The translations under genes and the position numbers were made by a program. From sequence record SRR31156797_2854: 64,000 nt of DNA, one strand, 5' to 3'. Below, one piece after another: positions 9,661 through 19,200 of the stretch. The notes beneath the pieces are model-generated. The model had not been told where the DNA came from. It worked only from the letters and a program-made list of their open reading frames with translations, and did not search any database. The number at the start of each line of letters is the position of its first letter. The first letter of the stretch is position 1.

Positions 9661-10700
9661 GACAGGCTGATTTTCAATATAACTTCAAAACTTGTTTCGT
9701 TACTGATTATTTTAAGTTCATGTTTTTGGGGATAATGAAGTTCCAGCATGCGCCTTACATTCTCAAGTCCGCTTCCGGATTTTTCAGCTGGTTCTGATTG
9801 GTTGTTTTTCTTTAGGTTGTTTACTGCTGAAAAGACAATCTGCTCAGGATTGTAGGTCAGGCTGATGTGGGCAAACACCTTGCCGGCCTCACCTTTCAGC
9901 CCATGTTTAAAGCAATTTTCCACAAATTGGATCAGTAACAGCGGGATGATTTCAACTTCAGCATTGTCATTGTCGCCTTCAACCACAAATTTGATATCTG
10001 CATCTTTTGTCAGCCTGAGTTTTTGAAGGTCCAGATAATTCTCCAAAAAAATAACCTCTTTTTGGATTTCAATTTTTTCGGTATCAGCTTCATAAATCAC
10101 ATACCGCATCAGGTCGGAGAGTTTCAATATCATTCCGGGAAGCGCACCTGATTTTTTCAGGGCCAGGGCATAAAGGCTTTGCAGGGTATTGAAAAAGAAA
10201 TGTGGATTCACCTGGTTTTTGAGCATCTGCAACTCGGTGTTGATTTTTTCCTTTTCCAATGCAATGATCTTTTGCTTTTGCCTGGTTTCGCGGAACCAAC
10301 TCCCTGAGAGTACGATCATCGTAGAGGCCGCCAAATAAAAGCCATGTACCAGCACATTATCCCGAAAGGCAATATCCGAAACAAAATAAAACCCCGGGAA
10401 AATAAAATCGGCATAGCGGCTGAACAGCAATTCGCTCAAAAATGCAAAACCCAATACAGCTATCACTCCGAACAAAAAATACAGCATGTACTTTTTCCTT
10501 TGAAAAAACCGTGGAATGATCCAAAAAACATTCAGGTAAAAAAGTGGTACCACCGACAAATGAAATACAAACACATACACCACATCAATCCATTGCAGTT
10601 TTCCTGAGGTATTAAAAACCAGCATCAACACAAACACCGAGAGCACCCAGAAAACCAGGTGCCCGGCAGCGATTACATATTTGTTTTTTGGTGTTGCCAT
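9657..10700 (-). CDS. LytS/YehU-type membrane histidine kinase
   Basis: 4 TM segments; LKNQVNPHFFFNTL, FVENCFKHG, GSGLENV. Confidence 0.93.
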   Translation of the reverse strand: MATPKNKYVIAAGHLVFWVLSVFVLMLVFNTSGKLQWIDVVYVFVFHLSVVPLFYLNVFWIIPRFFQRKKYMLYFLFGVIAVLGFAFLSELLFSRYADFIFPGFYFVSDIAFRDNVLVHGFYLAASTMIVLSGSWFRETRQKQKIIALEKEKINTELQMLKNQVNPHFFFNTLQSLYALALKKSGALPGMILKLSDLMRYVIYEADTEKIEIQKEVIFLENYLDLQKLRLTKDADIKFVVEGDNDNAEVEIIPLLLIQFVENCFKHGLKGEAGKVFAHISLTYNPEQIVFSAVNNLKKNNQSEPAEKSGSGLENVRRMLELHYPQKHELKIISNETSFEVILKISLS

Positions 10701-11275
10701 CAGCTTCTTTTCAGGATCAGTTCATCAAGAAATGCATCTTCATCCTCTGCATACTTCACCACAAACCGTTGTAGCTCTTTGGTGGAGGCCGTTAACACAA
10801 AAAGCTCATCCGTTTCCTCGTGGCTTATCCGGATGCGCCCCTCTTCCAGAAGCTCACTCAACCGATCAGGGTTGAAGAACCTAACCACAACCTCACTTTC
10901 CCTGAATTCGACCTTTGCAAAAATATGAACAGGAAGCAAAGTGCTGATCAGCAGCGAGGGCATCTCCAGTTGATCATTATCATCAGGATACAAATCCAGA
11001 AAATAATAATCATCCAGTTTTACCAGGTGTGCAATAAAAAATCCTTTCACAAGATCTTCACCGAATATCTTGCCCTCGGTATACTGGAGCATATAATTTT
11101 CGCGGTTGGTCGACGAAAAATTCCAGGCATTGTCATCGCTGTCAATCCACTCACCAATCAATTCGCTCTTGAATTCAATATCCTCGTCAGTAAACAATCC
11201 GTGGATGGATGGAATGCACCCCGAAAGAAACAGGATGAAAAGGCTGGTAACAATTAATGCATGTTTTGGCTTCAT
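10700..11275 (-). CDS. Lipoprotein of unknown function, first gene of lipoprotein-LytS-LytTR operon
   Basis: Lipobox FLSGC; stop codon overlaps the kinase start. Confidence 0.8.
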   Translation of the reverse strand: MKPKHALIVTSLFILFLSGCIPSIHGLFTDEDIEFKSELIGEWIDSDDNAWNFSSTNRENYMLQYTEGKIFGEDLVKGFFIAHLVKLDDYYFLDLYPDDNDQLEMPSLLISTLLPVHIFAKVEFRESEVVVRFFNPDRLSELLEEGRIRISHEETDELFVLTASTKELQRFVVKYAEDEDAFLDELILKRS

Positions 11276-11340
11276 AATGATGTTTTTTTAAGTTTACGAA
11301 GCAAAGGAATCTCAGCCGTTTTAAACCTCAAAATTTATTC

Positions 11341-11371
11341 GATGAACAACTTGTTTTTCAGGATGAACGAC
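11341..11371 (-). promoter_or_regulatory. Putative LytTR-binding direct repeat
   Basis: GATGAACAAC (11341) and GATGAACGAC (11362), 21-bp period, upstream of the lipoprotein-LytS-LytTR operon. Confidence 0.6.
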
Positions 11372-11377
11372 ATCAAA

Positions 11378-12796
11378 TCAGGTTTGGATTTTTTTGCTTG
11401 CTTCATGGATGATCTTCCAGGCCTTCTCCACATGATGGCGTTCAGTACGGGTTTGCCCCACCACAAACCGGATGGTAAACTTTCCATTGAGGGTTGTGTG
11501 CGTAAGGAAAACCTCCTCCGAAGCATTGATTTCCTCCAGCAGTTGACGGTTTAAATTATTCAAATCCTCCTTACTATCCAAACCGGGGTTAAACCTGAAA
11601 CAAACTGTTGCCAGCGGAGCCGGTGCCAGCAATTCAAATTGGGGAGTTTCATCAATCCATCCCGCAAAATCTTCTGCCATGTTAATATGATTCCGGATGA
11701 TTTCCTGCATCTGTTTTACGCCGAAATTTCGGATTACAAACCAAAGCTTCAGTGCCCTGAAACGCCGGCCCAATTGAATTCCCCAGTCGCGATAGTTGTT
11801 TACAGTAGTCCCCTCTTTGGTTTTCAGGTATTCGGGTAAGATTTCGAAGGTGCGGATGAGCGCCTCCTGATCTTTAACAAAATAAGCACTTGCGTCAAAG
11901 TTGGTGAACATCCACTTATGGGGATTAAAAACATAGGTATCTGCGTTTTCGATCCCTTCAATCATATGCCGTTTCTCCGGGAGAAGCATGGCCGTTCCTG
12001 CCCACGCGGCGTCAACATGCAACCAGATTTTTTGCCTGGAGCATATTTCCCCGATTTTGTTGAGAGGATCGATTGCAGTTGAACCTGTTGTGCCGATTGC
12101 CGCCACCACTGCCAGCGGAACAAAACCATGCTTAAGGTCGTGAACAATGGCTGCCTCCAATGCCTCAGGCTGCATGGCAAACTTTTCATCCACCTCAATT
12201 TTACGGAGGTTGTTCTTTCCAAAACCGGCAATCTTCACTGCCTTTTCCACGGATGAATGTGCTTCGGAGGAACAATAGACCGTGAAAACACCCCGGCCGT
12301 AATAACCTGAATTGTTGATGTCGAAACCCGAAACCTGCTCGCGGGCAGTAAGCAACGAAACCAGCGTTGCCGTAGAGGCTGTATCCTGGATAACGCCCGT
12401 AAAATATTTGGGGAGTCCCGACATATCCCTGAGCCATTCCATCACCCGTTCCTCGAGTTCTGTGGCTGCCGGCGAGGTTACCCAGCTCATGCATTGCGCC
12501 CCAAGTGCTGAAGTGAGTATTTCTCCCAGAATGGATGGGTAGCTGCTGTTGGCCGCAAAATAGGCATGCCAGCCCGGATGCTGCCAGTGGGTCATTCCCG
12601 GTATGATATCACGGTTAAAATCTTTCATGATCTCCTCAAAGGGTTCAGGATCATCAGGAGGATTTTTTGGTAAACGGGCAATGATCTCACCGGGTTTGGC
12701 TCTTGATTTTACAGGCAACTGTTCGATATTCTCAAAAAAGTCGGCCATCCAGTCGATGAGTTCATGGCCATGGCGGCGGAAATCCTGTAGGTTCAT
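11378..12796 (-). CDS. PLP-dependent aromatic L-amino acid decarboxylase (group II)
   Basis: THWQHP, SPAATELE, WLHVDAAWAG, NPHKW, LGRRFRALKLW. Confidence 0.93.
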   Translation of the reverse strand: MNLQDFRRHGHELIDWMADFFENIEQLPVKSRAKPGEIIARLPKNPPDDPEPFEEIMKDFNRDIIPGMTHWQHPGWHAYFAANSSYPSILGEILTSALGAQCMSWVTSPAATELEERVMEWLRDMSGLPKYFTGVIQDTASTATLVSLLTAREQVSGFDINNSGYYGRGVFTVYCSSEAHSSVEKAVKIAGFGKNNLRKIEVDEKFAMQPEALEAAIVHDLKHGFVPLAVVAAIGTTGSTAIDPLNKIGEICSRQKIWLHVDAAWAGTAMLLPEKRHMIEGIENADTYVFNPHKWMFTNFDASAYFVKDQEALIRTFEILPEYLKTKEGTTVNNYRDWGIQLGRRFRALKLWFVIRNFGVKQMQEIIRNHINMAEDFAGWIDETPQFELLAPAPLATVCFRFNPGLDSKEDLNNLNRQLLEEINASEEVFLTHTTLNGKFTIRFVVGQTRTERHHVEKAWKIIHEASKKIQT

Positions 12797-12931
12797 ATGA
12801 TTATTATGTTGTAGGGTTACAAAATTATTGGCTATGAAGTTATTGCGTTATTTATTAATCGTTATTCGGGAATTCAAAAATGCACTAATTTCTTCGGATA
12901 ACAATGTTTGGCTTATGCTGAGGGCTGGAGA

Positions 12932-12949
12932 GTCGCGATGCATCGCGTC
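12932..12949. repeat. REP-like palindrome
   Basis: Perfect CGCGATGCATCGCG core (12934-12947) in intergenic DNA. Confidence 0.45.
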
Positions 12950-13152
12950 ATTGCATGCCCAAAAAAGCCCACTATACTTAAATTTCGAAAATTGTTTATC
13001 CCTATTCTGGAAATTCTTATTATGCAATTTTCTTTGGCTAATGGCAAAGACGTGATTAGTTACGTCTGCACACTGACCCATAAATGCATGATTTTACAAT
13101 AATCATGAAGATTGTTTTTCAGAACGACGTATGCTCCATTACCAAAACCATT

Positions 13153-14397
13153 TCACCCGACCAACTCACCTCCCATTATGTAACCATGAGCCGTAGCGTA
13201 AATGATAGACCGGGTTGAACCGGAACAATCGCCGATGAACTTTAGGTTATCGAAGGTGTGGTTATTGAGTACGTTGGAGTAAAATTTAATTTCCGGAGCA
13301 TACACCAGGTTGTCGGCATTGGCAACGCCGGGTATTACCTGGTCGAGATTTTCAACGAAGTCGATGATGCTCTCGATGATGCGGCGCGGATAGGCCAGGT
13401 TGATGTCGCCGAGGATATAGTTTTCTTCGTTGAGCGTAGGTGATACCCGGTATAAGTTTTTGGTGCGTTTCGAATCTTTGAAATGGCTGTAGGTTTGAAG
13501 AATTACCCGCTTTCCACCCAGCATATTCGACAGCTCCGCGATATTGGAACCATACCCTATGGGATCGTTAAATGGCTCGGTGAGTTGCACAGTTGTCAGG
13601 ATGGCGAAGTTGGTGTTTTTACTTTTTTGCTTGATCTTGGAATGCCCGTTCACCGTAGTAAAATCGCCATAGTTCTCGGTAACCACATACCCCGAAGGGT
13701 TGTTGCAGAATGTTCGTACCATATACCCGGTCCTGCTTTTGTACTTCACTTTAAATTCGTACATCTCCCGGTTGAGATCTTCCACGATGTGGTCGGGCAA
13801 CTCAAACCGCACACCAATGTCCACTTTAGTGCTGTCGAGCACAATCTCCGGAAATTTATGGATTACAGCCTTGATTAGTTTGTGCCCGCTGCGACCCACG
13901 GCCACAAATACTTTATCGAATGGCCCGTGATCGTCCACCATCACTTTTTCATCCTTAAAAGCTATGCCGTCGACTGGTGTCTTAAAATGAAACCGGATGT
14001 TTTTCAAGGCACTGTATTCCTTGTAAATGTTGTAAAGTACCTCTTTTAACTGGTCGGTGCCAAGGTGGTAAAAGTCAGAGAGCACCGGTTGAAAGCCCTT
14101 CCCGTAAAATGTTTTGTAATAATCCATGTTTGAAAACGAGCGGCCGGTTTCATGCTGGCCGTTGCCCGTTTTTTCAATCCAAAAATCCACCAGCTGCTTT
14201 TGTAACTTCAGATCAATATCTAGATCTCCACCCATATCTTTGGATACGAAAAGTTTTCCATCAGCACGAATACCGGAAATACTGGAAGAATAAATGTCCT
14301 TGCATCGTTCAAAAACATGGATTTCGTGATCGGAATCTTTAATCCGCTCAATCAATCCCATGGCAGCGGCGCCAAACCCGATAATTGCTATTTTCAT
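13153..14397 (-). CDS. Uncharacterised FAD-dependent oxidoreductase
   Basis: N-terminal KIAIIGFGAAA Rossmann motif; DGKL, AVGRSG, VRTFCNNPSG, VNGHS, YAPEIKFYS, IGDCSG. Confidence 0.85.
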   Translation of the reverse strand: MKIAIIGFGAAAMGLIERIKDSDHEIHVFERCKDIYSSSISGIRADGKLFVSKDMGGDLDIDLKLQKQLVDFWIEKTGNGQHETGRSFSNMDYYKTFYGKGFQPVLSDFYHLGTDQLKEVLYNIYKEYSALKNIRFHFKTPVDGIAFKDEKVMVDDHGPFDKVFVAVGRSGHKLIKAVIHKFPEIVLDSTKVDIGVRFELPDHIVEDLNREMYEFKVKYKSRTGYMVRTFCNNPSGYVVTENYGDFTTVNGHSKIKQKSKNTNFAILTTVQLTEPFNDPIGYGSNIAELSNMLGGKRVILQTYSHFKDSKRTKNLYRVSPTLNEENYILGDINLAYPRRIIESIIDFVENLDQVIPGVANADNLVYAPEIKFYSNVLNNHTFDNLKFIGDCSGSTRSIIYATAHGYIMGGELVG

Positions 14398-14570
14398 TTT
14401 TATTCAAATATTACTCGCATGCATGATCTGAACTTCATGCATTCTGATTGTTGTTAATAAATATCAGGATGAATAAATCCCGATTGAAACGGGTAAAGTT
14501 AGCAATATTTTCAGGGAAGAATCCGATAACTGATTGATCCGCCAGGCAGCCGAAAAGAAAGGTTTAGCGG

Positions 14571-15293
14571 TTACGCAAAATAGTTCAGCTTTTTCAGCAC
14601 ATACGCCTTGTAATTGCGGCCAATGGGTATTTTTTGTTCGCCAATGCCCACCGACTTTGGTGAAATGGTAGAAACCTTAGCAATGGGAATGATATAGGAT
14701 TTATGTACACGCACAAATTCGCTTTCAGGTAATTCCTGCTCCAGGGCACTGATCTGGTGCTTTACAAAATGGGTCTCTTCAGGTGTGTGGATTTTTACAT
14801 AGTCCTTCATGCTTTCGATGTAGAGGATATCTGCAAAATATACCTTCACCATGGTTTTGTTTTTCTTCACAAAAATGTGGTCTTTCTCCAGCCGTTGGTC
14901 TACATTAAGATTTTTCGGTGTATCTACAGTTTTACCTTCACGGCGATTATAAAACTTGTTGATGGCTTTCAGGAAGCGGTCGAAAGAGATGGGTTTGAGC
15001 AGGTAATCCAGTACATCCAGGTCGAATGCTTCGATGGCATAGTTACGGTATGCAGTGGTAAAAACCACCATGGGAGGATTTTGGAGACTCTTCATAAACT
15101 CGATACCGGTAAGCTCTGGCATCTGAATATCGAGGAAAACCAAATCGATGGGCTTATTCTTTAGGACTTCGAAAGCCTGGATGGCATTGTTGCATTTGGC
15201 CACCAGTTCCACATCAGTGAGTTTTTCGATGTGCGATTCGATCACCCGCAAAGCGAGCGGTTCATCATCAACGGCAAGGCAACGGATTTTCAT
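14571..15293 (-). CDS. LytTR-family response regulator (no adjacent kinase)
   Basis: AVDDEP, FLDIQMP, FTTAY, YLLKPI, FVRVHKSYII. Confidence 0.95.
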   Translation of the reverse strand: MKIRCLAVDDEPLALRVIESHIEKLTDVELVAKCNNAIQAFEVLKNKPIDLVFLDIQMPELTGIEFMKSLQNPPMVVFTTAYRNYAIEAFDLDVLDYLLKPISFDRFLKAINKFYNRREGKTVDTPKNLNVDQRLEKDHIFVKKNKTMVKVYFADILYIESMKDYVKIHTPEETHFVKHQISALEQELPESEFVRVHKSYIIPIAKVSTISPKSVGIGEQKIPIGRNYKAYVLKKLNYFA

Positions 15294-15294
15294 G

Positions 15295-15540
15295 GTTTTG
15301 AAGTTTTAGAAGATGTATAGACTGAGTGAATGAGTTGGTTGAGTATTGGAAGGTTCGAAGAGTGTTGGTAAAGTTGAGAGGATTGGCCATTGTTAAGTAG
15401 GTTGAGTTTTGGAAGATTGGAAGGATGGTTTGAGAAGAGGTTGATGATAGAGTGATGAATTTGTGGAGCATTGAGTGATTTTGAGTAATTTGAGTTTTGG
15501 AAGGGTGGATGGTGTTGGTGAAGTTGAGGAGGGTTGAGTG
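15295..15540. repeat. Strand-skewed degenerate repeat tract (C-poor on +, G-poor on -)
   Basis: Recurrent TTGAG(T/A) and TTGGAAG motifs; three units ending in (C/T)CTTCCAA(A/T)ACTCAA on the minus strand. Confidence 0.7.
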
Positions 15541-15591
15541 CCATACCCGCAGCTTCCTGAACCCTCGGTTTACATTGTTTCGTTTTATCAT
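15541..15591 (-). pseudogene. 5' fragment of a second four-helix-bundle gene
   Basis: MIKRNNVNRGFRKLRVW matches MERKNVNRGFRKLRVW of the neighbouring gene, then the frame runs into low-complexity sequence. Confidence 0.75.
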
Positions 15592-15653
15592 TTTTCGAAC
15601 TTATTTGTTATGATACTCCCATCCTTCCAATATTCCATTTCTACATTCCTCCG

Positions 15654-16067
15654 CTATGAATCAGCGCTAAAATCATCCAACCAGTCATTTTGTTTTGATT
15701 TCTTCTGTAACGATTTGATCAAACCCAACAGACCATTCTCAGTTTTAAAATGAAATTCATCAAGGCTATCAAATTCATTATCCGAAATCAGTTCAGCTTT
15801 GTGAAATGCGTGAAATGAACTATAAAACTCACCACATGAGGAAAGTGAATAATTCAAAAAATTCAGATATTCTCTTATACTTTTCCGACAAAAACCTTCA
15901 GCAATGTTCCGACTTACACCCAATGCAGCATCAATTGCATTTGCAGCAGATTTCTGATGGATATAACTAAAACTGGAAAACATCTTCTTCGACATCACAT
16001 AAAGCTCAATGGAATCCTGCCAGACTCTTAATTTCCTAAATCCACGGTTTACATTTTTCCGTTCCAT
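15654..16067 (-). CDS. Four helix bundle protein (23S rRNA IVP / Avd-like family)
   Basis: GFRKLRVWQ, SRNIAEGFCRKSIREYLNFLNYSLSSCGE family signature; start taken as ATG 16067 (alternative 16088). Confidence 0.88.
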   Translation of the reverse strand: MERKNVNRGFRKLRVWQDSIELYVMSKKMFSSFSYIHQKSAANAIDAALGVSRNIAEGFCRKSIREYLNFLNYSLSSCGEFYSSFHAFHKAELISDNEFDSLDEFHFKTENGLLGLIKSLQKKSKQNDWLDDFSADS

Positions 16068-16098
16068 ATTGCAACTTTTTTTAGACATATTCAGCGTT

Positions 16099-16170
16099 TT
16101 CCATCTTTCCAACCTTCCATCCTTCCATCCTCCCAACCTTCCATCCTTCCATCCTTCCACCCATCCGTTC
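16099..16170. repeat. Tandem 8-mer array (TTCCATCC) x8-9
   Basis: TTCCATCT TTCCAACC TTCCATCC TTCCATCC TCCCAACC TTCCATCC TTCCATCC TTCCACCC ATCCGTTC; about 4 degenerate units also at 15617-15648. Confidence 0.9.
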
Positions 16171-16248
16171 ACCTCACCAAAACTACAAAATATTGTTAAT
16201 TTTCGGGGATCTGGTAAACCTTATGTCCGGTTCTCTGCTAATAGTTGT

Positions 16249-19200
16249 TTGAAACAAATTGATATTGATCAAACATTGGCAAGCCTGAACACATATAAGT
16301 CCAAGTGCTATAAAAAAGCTCATCTGCAAACGTTCAGCCTGATATGCCTGCTCCTGTCATTTTTGTTTCAACCCATATCCGCACAAGTACAAAACCTGCA
16401 TTTTCACAGGATTAGTGCCGATGATGGCCTGCCCCAGCATACCGTGAACTGCATCATCCAGGACAAGCATGGATTTATGTGGTTCGGCACACAGGATGGC
16501 ATGGCAAGATATGACGGCTATTCATTTAAAACCTACAGGTCGGAGCCCGGAAACCCCAATTCGTTGAGCAACAATTACATCTGGGATATCCACGAAGACA
16601 GCCTCGGAATTTTCTGGATCAGCAGCTTTGGCGGCGGACTCACAAGATTCGATCCGGCTACAGAAACGTTTAAGCATTTTAAGCGGGAAGAAAGCAACGA
16701 AAACAGCCTGTCAAACAATAACACGTTTCAATCCATCAGCACGGGCAATGAAGTGTGGGTTTGCACAAATGATGGTGTAAGCTGTGTGAATACACTAAAT
16801 GGTGACGTGAAAAGGCTTTACACCAAACCGGGTACCGGCGACGGACATGCCGGAAATTTCACTGGAGCTATAGCCCGGGATGAGACAGGCGTTGTGTGGA
16901 TTGGCAGTGATGAAGGCCTGATCAGGCACAACCCGGATGACAGGAACCATGACATTTTTCCGGAAACTCCTTTTGGGGAAAAAATGCAGCTGCAAACCAT
17001 CCGCGACCTGCGCATTATCGATAACAAACTCTTCATCATCACCACAGATGCCTTCCTGAACATTGATTTCGAAAGGGAGATTACAAACGTTTTATTGAAA
17101 TCCTCCGAAGCAGATAGTTCAGGACAGATCACATTTCAAAATGTTCATCCGGCGTTGGATGGGAATTTCTGGATTGGAACCAATAAAGGCCTGCTTCAAT
17201 ACAACCCGGAATCCGGCAACTATTACAAATACGGATCGGAAGATGCCAACGAAAAAGGACAACTCCCCCAAAACTCCATTCTTTCACTGTGCCGGTCAGA
17301 TGACGGTGTTTTTTGGATTGGCAGCCAAAACGGGGTCGGCATCCTGTACCGCGAAAAAAGTCAATTTCAGCTAATCAGAAAAAACCCAGCCAAAAACAAC
17401 ACCCTCAGCTCAAACCGGATTAAAGGCATCATAGATGATAATAACGGATTGGTATGGATTGCCACTGTTGACGGATTAAATGTATGGGAAAGACAAAGTG
17501 ACCGGTTTACGGTGTTCAGAAACAAGCCGGGCAATTCCAATTCCATCAGCTCGGATTACCTTTTATCATTGTTGATGGATGATAATGATGACCTGTGGAT
17601 TGGCACCCGGCAGGGCGGAGTGAACAAACTGATAAGAACACCAGACCAAAAATTGTCTTCTGGTCAGTTCAGGCAATATGGGCCAAAAGGCGCATCCATT
17701 CAGCACATGATGGACGATGGTGAATACCTCTGGTTGGGGAGCAGCGGACAAGGACTGATCAGGATGCATAAAGTAACAGGAGAAACGAAACAATATATGG
17801 GGGACCCGGATGGTTACCACCCCAGTCATCCATACGTTTTTTATGTTTATAAGGACAGCCGTAAAAATTTTTGGCTGGGCACTGCCACCGGCGGATTGAA
17901 CCTGTTTGATGAAGAAAGTGAGCAATTTGTTTACCTGACCAACAACAAAAGTAATTCAAACAGCCTGAGCAACAACCTGATTTTATGCATTTTTGAAGAC
18001 ACCAAAAATCGGATTTGGATAGGAACGGCATCCGGATTGAACCGGTTTAAACCTTCCATAAAACAGGATGTTTTTAGCATGCTTCAAAATATGGATGACC
18101 TGGGTGGTGCCGACCTGTTTGAAACCTATGGCCGCTTTGAAGGCCTTCCAAATGATGTGGTTTACGGCATTCAGGAAGATAGGGACGGATTTCTCTGGCT
18201 GAGTACAAACAATGGCCTCGCAAAATTTGACCCTGAAAAAGGCAGTGTAGAGAAAGTATTTGACATGATGGACGGGTTGCAAAACAACGAGCACAACCAG
18301 AATGCATTTTTTACCAACGATCAGGGAGAGATGTACTTTGGGGGTGTAGGCGGATTTAATGTTTTTCATCCTGAAAAACTTGAAAAAAATACATTCAAAC
18401 CTCCTGTGGTTATAACCGATGTAAAACTGTATAACGTATCGGTGCCACTAGAATCAGTTTCAAAAACAAACAATCCGGATCTTAAGCTTGAAGTTTCTCC
18501 ACCATCACTCAAGCGTCTAAAACTGGATTACCACCACGATGTTATCAGCTTCGATTTTGCCGCACACAGCTACATCAACCCAGATAAAAATCAATACCGG
18601 TATAAGCTTGAAGGTTTCGACAGGCAGTGGATTGACGATGCCGGTAACCGCACAGCCACCTACACCAACCTCGACGCCGGAGATTATACATTCAGGGTAA
18701 TTGCCTCAAACAACGATGGCATCTGGAATGAGGAAGGTGCTGCCCTCCAACTTTCAGTGAGTTCTGCTCCATGGCGAACCTGGTATGCTTACCTGGCCTA
18801 TGTTGCCCTTCTCGGTCTTGCACTGTATTATTTCATCAGGCAGCGGATTTACATGGCCACACGTGAGTTGCAAATGCAGCACAAAATCGAGAAGGCAAAA
18901 TCGGAAGAGCGCGCTATATTCCGGAAAAAAAGTGCCCAGGATTTCCATGATGAAGCGGGTAACAAAATTACCCGGATAAATCTCTACAATGAACTTGCAC
19001 GCTCTGAGACCGGCGAAAATAAAGAACTACAGAAGTATCTCGATAACATACAGAAAACCACCAGAGAACTTTCATCCGGCACACGGGATTTTATTTGGGT
19101 AATGGATCCGGAAAAAGACACCCTTTTTGAAACTACATTGAGAATTAAGGACTTCGGCGAGACGATGTTCGGTGATTCCGAAACAGCATTTCACGTGAAA

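Noticed and set aside
15654-16067. Diversity-generating retroelement suggested by the Avd-like four-helix bundle
   Set aside because: No reverse transcriptase and no TR/VR pair with adenine-specific mismatches in the window; differences between the gene and the fragment are synonymous, not A-to-N
15295-16170. CRISPR array
   Set aside because: Repeats are 8-mers or degenerate units without unique spacers, and no cas genes are present
16009-16248. N-terminal extensions of the kinase ORF (from 16009) and of the four-helix-bundle ORF (from 16172)
   Set aside because: Both are read-through of the stop-free 8-mer array; the signal peptide and family homology begin later
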